A stretch of DNA of 64,000 nucleotides from assembly GCA_964016885.1 (NCBI GenBank), contig OZ024741.1:76322001-76386000 (forward strand), in the 5' to 3' direction. The translations under genes and the position numbers were made by a program. This document shows, piece by piece, positions 13,685 to 26,200 of the stretch. Under the pieces are notes generated by a model that searched no databases, was not told the DNA's origin, and was given only the letters and a program-made list of their open reading frames with translations. Every line of letters starts with the position of its first letter. The stretch's first letter is position 1. This stretch comes from Eledone cirrhosa (Eukaryota).

Positions 13685-14903
13685 GTACGTTTATAGCCTT
13701 CAGTTAATCATTCATTTATCATCGTTGTAATATCATACAATACACAGAAAGTTATTTTATTAAATCCCTCCAAAGTTTTGATTATTTTCAAAATGATTTG
13801 TAAATTATAAGCACTATCTTTCATTAGAAATATGATAATTAAAGTATATAAATCTATATACAAAAATATATTATTTTAAGTAAATGTGGGTCTGTGTAAA
13901 ACAAAAAGCTAGAATAATACACCAAGTATTAACCCTTTCATTACTATATTTCTGATTAATGACAATGTGGATAGTTTTCAAATAATTTTGAAAATAATCA
14001 AAAGTTTGGATGAGTTTAGTAATCTAACTAACTTATTATTAATCTGGTGTTTTGAGCATAACATTAAACTATGAAGCAAATATTTTGGATTTAAATACTT
14101 TAAATCAAATTGTTTTTTATCATTGACCCAGGAGTGGTGTCAGGTGGCATGGTGTCAAATGAGTTAACATATATGTCGTTGGGATCGCAAATATTCAAAT
14201 AATGATAACTGGGATAATTGGCTGTTGATTGATTAGTGTTTTGGGGGATTAATAGGGAATTTATCTGTGATGCAGCCATACCAGGACTCCTCCCAGGATG
14301 GCATAAATGATGAGGTTGACAGTTGAAAGCTATCTGATTCTTGCATATATGATGTCTGCTGTAAGATTCATCACTGGCTGACAATATCAGTTTTGGCCAT
14401 CTGTGATTGCCATGCATGCATGGCTTCTGTTCGCCGGTGAAATTGATTAGCTGACAATATCTGTGTTGGACGTCTGTGATCGCCGTGTATGGGTGTCTTT
14501 TCACCATTAAAGCTGTAATTGGCTGACAATATCTGTGATCCTCATGTGTGGATGGCCTCTATCTATAATGCTGTAGATGCACTGGTTAGAAGCAGCTCAA
14601 TCTATCCCAAATGAACACTGACACAAGTAAAAATGCAAGAAAAATATATACAGAAGCTTCTATCATCATTGTGATAATTGTTTTAACATTCACTTTTACC
14701 ATGTAGGCATGGGTTGAATGAGACATTTTGGGGTAGTTTTTCGATGGTTCCTGATGGTTCTTTTACACTATATTTTTAAGTATAGTATATACCACTGAAG
14801 TGATGCTCCACTCATTTCCATTCTTTCTAGCCTTACACCAAATCTAAATAAATGAATATTAACTGCATTATATAAAGATATTTTTATTTTTATTTTTAAC
14901 CAG

Positions 14904-14944
14904 ATGGGAGCCAACAGACCAATCCAACATCATGATTCTTATAT
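14904..14944 (+). CDS. EPS8: EPS8-family small exon (MGANRPIQHHDSY)
   Basis: Strong polypyrimidine tract + CAG, GTAAGT donor; its 41 nt supply the phase 0 to 2 link between flanking exons. Confidence 0.8.
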
Positions 14945-15013
14945 GTAAGTTTGTACCTCAATTTTGTCATCATTTTACATCTGCTTTCCATGTTATATTT
15001 TTTCCATGTTATA

Positions 15014-15104
15014 TACCATTGATAGTTGGTTTTTAGGTATTCCATGTGGTTGTGGTGGTTTATAGTCATCTAGCATTGTTGTTGGGTGCCAGCCATTATA
15101 GAAA
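15014..15104 (-). other. Inverted copy of EPS8 exon sequence 13591-13687
   Basis: Reverse complement matches 13591-13687 apart from a 6-nt deletion and one substitution. Confidence 0.93.
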
Positions 15105-15289
15105 GGATTGGATGGGTTGTTACAGACCAAGACTAGACTAGTCAGGAAACCATATCCTGTTCATTATACATAGCATATTTTGGCATAGTTTCTATAGCTA
15201 GATGCTCTTCTTACAGCCAACTGTTCTGCAGGGTACACCAGGTGCTTATATACTGACAGTAGCATTTATTGACATGTGCAGCCTGGTTG

Positions 15290-16125
15290 GAGGTGGTATC
15301 ATGACTGGCCAGTGTAAAATCAGTTGGCTGGAATTTGTAGACAACATAGTGTTATTTAATTTGACAAGATGATCTTCAACTTGCACTTGATAGGTTTGAT
15401 GCCAAGTGTCACATGGTTGTAATGAAAATCAGTGCTGTGAAAACTGAGATACTTGTCCTCTCAAGGAAGCCTGTGCAGTGCACTCTACCTGTGAATGGAG
15501 TTTTACTGAAGCAGGTAGAGAAGTTCAAGTGTCTCAGGGCTATGTGCATGAGTGATGGAATGCAGGAGGCTGAATTAAGTGCAAGAAATGCAAAAGCTGA
15601 TGCACTAATGTGCCAGCTTACGCATTCCATAATCAGAAGCAGGGAGGTAGGCATAAAAGCCAAACTCACTGTCTTCAATTCGGTTTTCGTGCCAACCCTT
15701 ACCTATGGTCATGAATCTTGGGTAATGACCGAAAGAATACGATTATGAATACAAGTGGCTAAAATGGGATTTCTCCGAAGGGGCTTTGGAGTAACATTAC
15801 TTGATAAAGTACGTAGCTCGGAGAGTCATTCTGGGTAGTCCCCCCACATTCTCCGAATTGAGAGATCACAGATCCAATACTATAGATATATAGTTAGAAT
15901 GTCTTAGGAAAGAATCGCTGGACAGATTTTATAGGCAAAATCAACCGGCAGGAGACCCAGGGGTAGACCCTGAGCAAGATGGCTGTATAACATCCATGAG
16001 CTTGGCTGATCACACTTGGGGATCCAGCCACATCAGCTGGAATTGGTTGCTTCTAACAGGATTCACTGGAAGGAGTGTTTGTGGACTCTGCCCCCATGAC
16101 TCTCTCAGGAATGGGCAAAGAAGAA
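15290..16125 (+). mobile_element. 3' fragment of a second RTE-type LINE family, decayed
   Basis: KISAVKTEILVL..LKQVEKFKCL..LTYGHESWVMTER and a downstream RPRGRP motif; stops present. Confidence 0.8.
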
Positions 16126-16384
16126 GTAGCAACATTTAGTTAACCTCTTTTACATTGTGAAATCAGATCCCAATGCAGTCAATTTTGTACTTCATCTTTC
16201 AACTTTAGAATGGGGCTGGTGCAATTTATTTAGTTATATATCTTGCTCTAAATTTGTGGTTTTATGCTTGGTAAGTATTTGTTTTCTATCTCTGTGCTCT
16301 GAGTTCAAATTAATTGACTTTCATCTTTTGGAGAGTGTTGATAAAATACATTACCAAAAAAAATCTCTTCTGCAGATATTGTGA

Positions 16385-17035
16385 TAATGATAATATTGTG
16401 TACAGTGCTCAGGTGCACTACAACTCATCAAAGTGTATGTATAGTACATAGAGTAATGTACAAACGTCAGGAAAATGAACAGTGCATGAGTCATGATATA
16501 CAGGTGTGCATGTGTATGGAAGGGGGACATCAGGTGTAGTTTTGGCGAATTTCGGGAAGCATGAGGGTTTTAAAGGATGCAGTGTCCCAGCACCTAACAA
16601 CTGACGCAGGCAGTTTGTTCCATGCTTCAGCAACTTAAGCGTTAAAAAATGTTTCCAAAAGTCATGGGAGCTGTGCTGTTTTCTGACTTTGTAGGCATGT
16701 CCACGTGTGTTAGACACATGGTGATCAAAAAGGGGCTCAGGGTTGTTGTTGGCGAGATGGTTAATAACTTTGTGGGTGTTTACCAAGTCCATTGCCAGAC
16801 GTCAGAGCTTCAATGAATCCATGTCCAGGGAAGCAAGGCATTCAGAGTATGGGAGGTGTCTGATGGAGGGTATGCGCTTGGTTGCACGTCTGTGAATAGT
16901 TTCCAGGAGGTCAATGTTCTGTACAAGATAGGGGTTCCAGACTGATGATGCGAATTCCAAGTGTGGTCGTACCATAGCTGTATACAGCTTAAAATAGAAA
17001 TCACTATTAACTTTTAACATCTTGTACTGCATCAC
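16385..17035 (-). mobile_element. CR1/L2-like LINE 3' fragment
   Basis: KLYTAMVRPHLEFASSVWNPY..RRATKRIP and NTRGHAYKV motifs typical of the CR1-group RT C-terminus. Confidence 0.82.
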
Positions 17036-17218
17036 ACTGTTTTAGCAAGATGGAAAGTAAAAAAATCATCACTATGAATAAATCATATTAAAAATTGAAG
17101 TCTTTAATATGCTACAAATATTCTCAACAATCTGTTTAAGATAATTTAAACTTTTGAATTAACAAACCCATTTTTAGATATCTTTTGTTAAATCATTACT
17201 AGTGATATGGCAGACATA

Positions 17219-17260
<42 letters not shown>

Positions 17261-17286
17261 TAGGTGTATATATATATATATATATA

Positions 17287-17672
17287 TCATCATCATCTTC
17301 CACGCTTGCATGGGTTTGGACGGGAATTTTCCCACTTGAGGCAAGATTGGTTGTCTTGCTCATATAGGACTGTCTGGCGGGTTTTCTACGGCTGGATGCC
17401 CTTCCTAACACCAACCACGTTTACAGTGTGGACTGGGAGGTTTTTACCGTGTTACCTACACGGCCACATTACAGTGTGGACTGTGTGTTTTTTTGTCGTG
17501 ACACCTACACGACCTCATTTATTTCGGACTGGATGTTGTGGTACCAACATAACTTTACATCGAAAGGGGTGGTGTGGACGGGGGTGTATTTTTGTTAGAG
17601 GTGCCTACTGATTGTAGGTTATGCTTTGTACTTAGGCAAGGCGGGTCTTCTGTATTACTGTGTCGCGCCAAA
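17287..17672 (-). mobile_element. RTE 3'-end fragment (antisense)
   Basis: Reverse complement of the ORF end/3'UTR of the 23283-26887 family, including the (GAT)n tail; flanked by (TA)n. Confidence 0.88.
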
Positions 17673-17688
17673 GATATATATATATATT

Positions 17689-18013
17689 GAGGCACATGGC
17701 TTAGTGGTTAGAGCATTGGCCTTGCAATTGAAAGGTTGTGAGTTCAATTCTCAGACCAGGCGATGTGTTGTTTCCTTGAGCAAGACACTTTATTTCACAT
17801 TGCTCCAGTTTACTCAGCTGTAGAAATGAGATGACCCCAGTCCCTATCATACCAAAGTGATCGTGGAGGTGCCACGGCAAAAAAGCACCCAGCACTCACT
17901 GTAAATGAGGTTGGTGTTAGGAAGGGTATCCAGCTGTAGAAATCAAGCCAGAATCAATTCCCGTCCCACCCTTGCAAGCAAGGAAAAAAAGCGGACGTAA
18001 AATGAAATGATGA

Positions 18014-18017
<4 letters not shown>
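17689..18017 (+). mobile_element. tRNA-derived SINE family 1 with RTE-derived tail
   Basis: A box TGGCTTAGTGG, B box GAGTTCAATTC, central CCTTGAGCAAGACACTT (CORE-like), tail similar to the RTE 3'UTR ending (GAT)n; near-identical copies at 27103 and 51904. Confidence 0.88.
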
Positions 18018-18044
<27 letters not shown>

Positions 18045-18046
<2 letters not shown>

Positions 18047-19175
18047 AATAGATACAAATTCCATTTTATGTCCCAAATGCAAACTATGAGTACATAAAAT
18101 ATGTAGCAGGATCACAGGCAAGCTATCTAAAAACGTAGATTTTATATGCGACCGATGCTCAGGTGCAGTAAGTAGCAAGTACCCACAGGATACTAGCTCC
18201 TTCTATTGCCCAGATGGTTCTATAGAAATAATGGACACTTTCCTTTACCTGGGTGACAAAATCAGCAGTGGTGGGGGGTGGTCTGAAAGTACAGTAGCCA
18301 GAGTTAGAACGGGATGGAAAAAGTTCAGAGAGATATACCGCTGTTGACCACAAAAGGTTTCTCTCTAAAAATGAAAGGCAGATTGTATGATGCTTATATA
18401 CGAACAGCAATGTTACATGGCAGTGAGACATGGGCATTGTGTGCAGAGGACTTGCGCAGACTGGAAAGGAACGAAGCATGCATGCTCCGTTGGATGTGTA
18501 ATAGTAATATACACAAACGGCTAAACATAAACGAACTAAATGAGAAATTAGGAATAAGAGGGATCAGATGCTGTTTACTCGAGAGAAGATTGTGCGCAGG
18601 AAAGACGACAGCTGTATTAAAAACTGCAGGGCGATCAAAATTGATGGAAGTTACGGAGTAGGTAGACCCAGAAAAACCTGGGATGACTTGATAAATTCCG
18701 ACCTTGCACATTTACACCTCTCTAAGACAATGTCACTGGATCGAGATCTTTGGTGCCACGCAGTAATACAGAAGACCAGCGTTCCCTACGTGCAAAGTTA
18801 ACCTACAGTCAGTAGGCCCCTCCAAACCCACTACTCCTACTCCACCCTTCCACTCCTGCCAACACCACCATTTCTCTATAAAGTTATGTTTGTACCACAA
18901 CATCCAGTCCAAACTAATGTGGAGAAAAAAAAAGAGTGTGGGGGGGGGGAACACAGTCCACGCTGTAATGTGGTTGTGTAGGTAACATGGTAAAAAGCTC
19001 CCAGCCCACACTGTAAATGTGGTTGGTGTTAGGAAGGCCATCCAACCTTAGAAAACCTGCCAGATAGTCCTATACGAGCGAGATATGGTCACCCAACCAA
19101 TCTTACCTCAAATGGGACAATTCCCACCTAACCTATGCTAGCGTGGAAGATAGACGTTAAATGTTGATGATGATA
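18045..19175 (+). mobile_element. 5'-truncated decayed RTE copy
   Basis: Colinear with ~25760-26887 (GRLYDAYIRTAMLHGSETW...), with frameshifts and a (GAT)n tail; flanked by (TA)n. Confidence 0.9.
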
Positions 19176-19316
19176 TGTATATATATATTCATATATATAT
19201 TTATATATATATGTGTGTGTGTGTGTTTTATGGGAACATGTATCATCAGAAAACTATTTAATTTCAAATTGTCTATTTAATTTGTTAATTTATTATCTAT
19301 TCTTCTTCTGAACCAG

Positions 19317-19427
19317 GCAAGATAAAATGGGACCACCAAACCAAAGATTTTCCAATGTGCCTCTTCCCTCTGTACCAGATAACAGTAATGAATCTTTCCT
19401 CCGGGCTCTGAGAGAAAGAGGAACTAA
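19317..19427 (+). CDS. EPS8: EPS8-family exon (QDKMGPPNQRFSNVPLPSVPDNSNESFLRALRERGTK)
   Basis: CAG/GTAAGT boundaries, 111 nt, phase 2-2; joins in frame to the SH3 exon. Confidence 0.85.
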
Positions 19428-20598
19428 GTAAGTATCAATTAGAAAACATTTGACTACAAGGTAAAGGTACTTGGCCTAGCGATTTGAGTATTAGACTCAT
19501 GTTCACAAGATGATGGGTTCAAATTCTTGACTAGGCAATATGTTGTGTTCTTGAGCAAGACACTTCTTTTCAGATTGCTTTTTATGATTGACTAGAGCTC
19601 ATGTCATGAAAACACCCATGAAACTTTTTATGAGATACAATCTCATAACAGGCCAACTAAACCTGCATTGGTGTGAGCTATAAATTTCATGTTTTAGCAT
19701 AGCATATAGTAGAAATATAGATAAATAGACAGAAAATTTATTTATACTTATTGGGAGCAAAGTTATCAATGATATACATGCTCTTGGTGTCTTTTGGCAA
19801 TGTTTTCATTCTTAGTTTAGTTCTTTCTCACTTTGACAGTTACCTATGTACTTTATTATGAATTTCAAATTACATTTTTCACACTTTGAAATAGAATCTT
19901 GTTCTTTTGTGCTGTACCTAATTACGTCTCGCAGCACAGACTGAGTTGACTGGTGATGTGCCATAATACAAGCACTGTCCGCCAGTACAAGCACTGTGAC
20001 ACTAAAAGTAAATATGGTGAGAGACAGTATAGGATGTGAGAGCATGTAATAACCTCTGCAGTGCCGATGCCACCATGAAATGCACACTGCTGCTGTTTCG
20101 AAAGAATGCACTCAGTACACTCTATAAGGTGGGTGGCATTAGGAAAAGCATCCAGCCATGCCAAATATGGAAGTTATGAGCAAGATTAGGTCACTCCAAC
20201 TCATGAGGTCTTGGGTCGTGACAACTCGCCCAACCCATGCCAACATGGAATGTAGTCATAAAATGATGATGATGACAGTTTGGCAACCATTGATATACAT
20301 CCTTAAGTTATGTCCATATTGACTTATGTCCAGTTGGTTGGAATGGAACTTGGTTGTAAGTTGGGATGTACATGTATTCATTTTTGATTATTCCTTTATT
20401 CTTTAACTGATTTCAGTCATTTAGTGCAAGCATGGCTAGGCAATTAAGGAATTGGTTTTGCAACCACAGGGCTTTGGGTTCACTGCATGAAACCTTGGGC
20501 AAATGTCCTCTACTATTATATGCAGCTTCAGATTAAACAATTCCTTTGTGAGTGAAATTCGATAGATAGAAACTATGTAGATGTAGAAGCCTGTTATT

Positions 20599-20600
<2 letters not shown>

Positions 20601-20656
<56 letters not shown>

Positions 20657-20724
20657 TATATATATTATATATTATATATATTATATATATTATATATATA
20701 TATATTATATATATTATATATTAT
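20601..20724. repeat. (TA)n microsatellite, left flank of the RTE insertion
   Basis: Pure then TT-interrupted TA repeat. Confidence 0.9.
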
Positions 20725-22166
20725 TACTTCTTATAATTTACTTTAAATATATATATCATGCTACCTCGAAAGTCAAAAATCCCGCTCATACACCCTTCAC
20801 CCACCATTTTCTTCACGAGGGGTTGCGGTCAGCCACTCTCTCTCTCTCTCTCTCCCCCTTCCCACTCTCTCTCTCTCTCTCTTAGCTACACACACACACA
20901 CACACATATATATATAAGATAAATTCCCGTTCATGTTTATTCACTTTCGCCAAACAATTGCTGCTTCAACTACCCCTACTACGGTGTAACCATGTAATCG
21001 TAACGTTCACGTTTTTCCTATCTCCTCCACACACCACAATTTCGTACAAACATCCAATCCCGCAAAATCCGAAATCTGTATTTTTTGTTATTTATTAAGG
21101 TTTAAATACGGTGTTTTTGTCGTATTGAACAGAACAAATCTTGCAGTTTTGCTTTTTGTTACTCGCTGGTAAACATTCATAACCTTCCAGCTAGCTAATT
21201 CTATCGTATTCTCCAATTCCTTAAATTCCTTAATTCCATCGTATTCCCAAACAAAAAAAAAACAAAATCCTTCCCATTCTTAATTCTATCGTATCCTCCA
21301 ATTCCCTAATTCTATCGTATTCTCAAACAAAAAAACAAAAAACAACAAAATCCTTTCCATTCTACTTCTTATAATTTACTTTAAATATATATATCATGCT
21401 ACCTCGAAAGTCAAAAATCCCGCTCATACACCCTTCACCCACCATTTTCTTCACGAGGGGTTGCGGTCAGCCACTCTCTCTCTCTCTCTCTCCCCCTTCC
21501 CACTCTCTCTCTCTCTCTCTTAGCTACACACACACACACACACATATATATATAAGATAAATTCCCGTTCATGTTTATTCACTTTCGCCAAACAATTGCT
21601 GCTTCAACTACCCCTACTACGGTGTAACCATGTAATCGTAACGTTCACGTTTTTCCTATCTCCTCCACACACCACAATTTCGTACAAACATCCAATCCCG
21701 CAAAATCCGAAATCTGTATTTTTTGTTATTTATTAAGGTTTAAATACGGTGTTTTTGTCGTATTGAACAGAACAAATCTTGCAGTTTTGCTTTTTGTTAC
21801 TCGCTGGTAAACATTCATAACCTTCCAGCTAGCTAATTCTATCGTATTCTCCAATTCCTTAAATTCCTTAATTCCATCGTATTCCCAAACAAAAAAAAAC
21901 AAAATCCTTCCCATTCTTAATTCTATCGTATCCTCCAATTCCATAATTCTATCGTATTCTCAAACAAAAAAACAAAAAACAACAAAATCCTTTCCATTCT
22001 ACTTCTTATAATTTACTTTAAATATATATATCATGCTACCTCGAAAGTCAAAAATCCCGCTCATACACCCTTCACCCACCATTTTCTTCACGAGGGGTTG
22101 CGGTCAGCCACTCTCTCTCACTCTCTCTCTCTCCCCCTTCCCACTCTCTCTCTCTCTCTCTTAGCT

Positions 22167-22197
<31 letters not shown>

Positions 22198-23115
22198 AGA
22201 TAAATTCCCGTTCATGTTTATTCACTTTCGCCAAACAATTGCTGCTTCAACTACCCCTACTACGGTGTAACCATGTAATCGTAACGTTCACGTTTTTCCT
22301 ATCTCCTCCACACACCACAATTTCGTACAAACATCCAATCCCGCAAAATCCGAAATCTGTATTTTTTGTTATTTATTAAGGTTTAAATACGGTGTTTTTG
22401 TCGTATTGAACAGAACAAATCTTGCAGTTTTGCTTTTTGTTACTCGCTGGTAAACATTCATAACCTTCCAGCTAGCTAATTCTATCGTATTCTCCAATTC
22501 CTTAAATTCCTTAATTCCATCGTATTCCCAAACAAAAAAAAACAAAATCCTTCCCATTCTTAATTCTATCGTATCCTCCAATTCCCTAATTCTATCGTAT
22601 TCTCAAACAAAAAAACAAAAAACAACAAAATCCTTTCCATTCTACTTCTTATAATTTACTTTAAATATATATATCATGCTACCTCGAAAGTCAAAAATCC
22701 CGCTCATACACCCTTCACCCACCATTTTCTTCACGAGGGGTTGCGGTCAGCCACTCTCTCTCTCTCTCTCTCCCCCTTCCCACTCTCTCTCTCTCTCTCT
22801 TAGCTACACACACACACACACACATATATATATAAGATAAATTCCCGTTCATGTTTATTCACTTTCGCCAAACAATTGCTGCTTCAACTACCCCTACTAC
22901 GGTGTAACCATGTAATCGTAACGTTCACGTTTTTCCTATCTCCTCCACACACCACAATTTCGTACAAACATCCAATCCCGCAAAATCCGAAATCTGTATT
23001 TTTTGTTATTTATTAAGGTTTAAATACGGTGTTTTTGTCGTATTGAACAGAACAAATCTTGCAGTTTTGCTTTTTGTTACTCGCTGGTAAACATTCATAA
23101 CCTTCCAGCTAGCTA
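20725..23115 (+). repeat. Tandem ~640-bp monomers (one 5'-partial + three full copies) at the 5' end of the RTE
   Basis: Unit ends CCAGCTAGCTA at 21197, 21835, 22478 and 23115 (periods 638, 643, 637); copies near-identical. Confidence 0.95.
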
Positions 23116-23282
23116 CCCCACATCCCTCCCACCCGCCCCCACACACCACCATTCTTAATACGTGGACCAATCATAAGCCAGAGACCCCCCCCACACGCAT
23201 CACCATTATTATTATTACGCGGACCAATCATAAGCCAGAGGCCTATACTATCGCTTGCACGGTTGCCTTCGATATATGATGG

Positions 23283-26200
23283 ATGGATGGATGGACGGAC
23301 TGCGGAATCCTGGAGAGTGGAGGGGAGAGAAAAATCTGGACGCTCAGAGCGAAAATGCCAATGCTAAAGTCAAATTCACCTCGTGGACGAGAATGCGGGC
23401 ACTCTTCTTTGTTTCGCCCGCGGATGGCTAACATAACCCCATCTCCCCCCGCCCCACACCACCCCCACCCTCCAAACGCGATCCAAAACTTCAGAGTTGG
23501 TACCATAAATGTAGGCACCCTAAAGGGGCGCGCTAACGAGGTTGTAGAAATGCTTGAACGTAAGGAGGTCGATGTTTGTTGTATTCAAGAGACCAGGTGG
23601 AGGGGTGGGTCTGCTAGATTCATTGAGGGTAAAAAACGATGTTATAAGCTTTTCTGGGTGGGAAACGACGATGGGCTGGGTGGAGTAGGAATCATGGTAG
23701 CAGAAAAGTGGGCGGATAAGATAATAGACGTAAATAGAGTGAACGACAGAATAATTAAAATACGACTTGTCCTCAATAGAACTACGGTGACAGTAATATC
23801 TGCGTATGCACCCCAATCCGGACTGCCCGGCACTATAAAAGACAGATTCTATGAGACACTGATGCTCACTACCTCCCAAATATCTGACAGTGACTATATA
23901 ATTATTGCAGGCGACCTAAATGGTCACGTTGGGCAACATTGTGACGGCTACGACGAAATCCATGGAGGCTATGGGTTTGGTACTAGAAATGAGGAAGGCT
24001 CCAGAATCCTGGAATTCTGTGATGCAAATAACCTAACTATCTGTAACACTAACTTCAAAAAACGTGACAATCACCTGATCACCTATAGATCCGGGGAACA
24101 CACAAGCCAGGTAGATTATATCCTTACCAGAAGACGTGACAGAGTGTCTGTTGTAAACACTAAATCCCTCCCCCATGAAGAATGCACCTCCCAACATAGA
24201 CTGATAATTAGCGACCTCATAGTCAGGTCGAGACGTACTCGACAGCAGAAGAGGACTATCCTCAGGAGAAAAATATGGAAGCTAAAGGACCCCACAGCCA
24301 AAAATAAATTTCAAAACATATTACTTGATGCTTTCGACAGTAAGGAAGAACACTTAGAGTCGGACAATATAGAGGGACAGTGGGAATTTCTGAAAGCAAA
24401 CCTGCTGTTGGCCACAGACGAAGTCTGTGGCTGGAGCAGGCCTGTAGGCAGGAGGAGAGTAACATGGTGGTGGAACAGTAAGGTGGAGGAGTCAATTAAG
24501 GCCAAAAAGCAGGCTTGGAAAGTATGGCGGGATGGGGGAAGTAGAGTAGACTATCAAGTGGCCAGGAGGGAAGCTAGGAGAGAAGTGTACTTAGCAAGAA
24601 GGGAAGCTGAGGAAAGAAAGTTCAAGCATGTCCTACAACGCGATGACCAAAAACGTGAGGTGTTCAGGATTGCTAGGCAATGCGTCAAGGAAAACCGTGA
24701 TATTGTCGGGGAGAAGTGTGTACTTAACGATGATGGCATACTTGCCATCACCGACACTGATAAGAAGGCAGCTTGGAAGTGTCACTATGAAAGGCTACTA
24801 AATGAGGAGAATAAATGGGAGAAAGACAGTCTCCCCCATGTCGACCCAATAGAGGGACCAGCAGTGTTAGTCGAGGGGAGTATAATAAGTAAGGCAATCA
24901 AGGATATGAAGACAGGTAAGGCGGCTGGGCCTTCGGAAATAGTTGCTGAGATGCTGAAGGCATCTGGCACGGTGGGACACACCATGGTCACCCGCATAGT
25001 TAACCAAGTCGTACAGAATGGGGTTGTTCCGAAGGACTGGCATAGCAGCATCATCGTTAACTGTTATAAGGGTAAAGGAGACGCCCTAGATAGGAGTAAC
25101 TATAGAGGCATTAAATTAATCGACCAGGTCATGAAGGTCACAGAAAAAGTAATAGCGCAACTAATCAGAGAGAGAATTGACCTAGATGAAATGCAGTTCG
25201 GGTTTGTGTCAGGCAAAAGTACCACAGACGCTCTTTTCATAGTACGACAACTACAGGAGAAGTACCTAGCTAAAGGTAAACCCCTCTACTTAGCTTTTGT
25301 CGACTTGGAGAAAGCCTTCGACAGAGTCCCCCGCTCCATTATCTGGTGGGCTCTTAGAAAACTAGGCGTTGACGAATGGCTTGTGAGGGCTATACAAGCC
25401 ATGTATAAAGAAACAGTCAGCAAGGTTAGAATTAACAACGAATATAGTGAAGAGTTTAGCGTAAAAGTTGGCGTCCATCAGGGCTCTGTTCTCAGCCCCC
25501 TACTATTTATTATTGCCCTTCAGGCTATAACAGAGGAGTTCAAGACAGGCTGCCCATGGGAACTCCTATACGCAGACGACCTGACACTCATAGCGGAATC
25601 AATGGCCGAGCTAGAGAAGAAATTCCAAACATGGAAGCACGGCCTAGAGTCAAAAGGACTTAAAATTAACCTGGCTAAGACCAAAGTTCTAGTTTGTAGG
25701 AAAGAAAACAAGGCGGCGGTCCCTTCTGGGAAATGGTCGTGCTCGGTGTGTAGGAAAGGCGTAGGTAGAAACTCCATTTTGTGTCCTAAATGCAAAGTAT
25801 GGGTGCATAAAAGATGTAGTGGGATCACAGGTAAGCTAACTAAGAACATAGATTTTACATGTGGCCGGTGTTCTGGTGCAATAAGTAGCAGCAAGTGCCC
25901 ACACAATACTAGCTCTTTCAATTGCGCAGAGGGTTCTATAGAAATAGTGGACAGCTTCCGTTACCTGGGCGATAAAATCAGCAGTGGGGGAGGGTGCTCT
26001 GAAAGTACTGTAGCTAGAGTCAGAACTGGTTGGAAAAAGTTCAGAGAGCTTATACCACTATTAGCTGCTAAAGGGTTCTCCCTAAAAATGAAAGGCAGGT
26101 TGTACGATGCCTGCATACGAACAGCAATGTTGCATGGCAGTGAGACCTGGGCATTGTGTGCAGAGGATATACGCAGACTAGAGAGGAACGAAGCTTGCAT

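Noticed and set aside
17689-17760. tRNA gene
   Set aside because: It is the head of a multi-copy SINE that continues into a core and LINE-derived tail; I could not draw a convincing cloverleaf.
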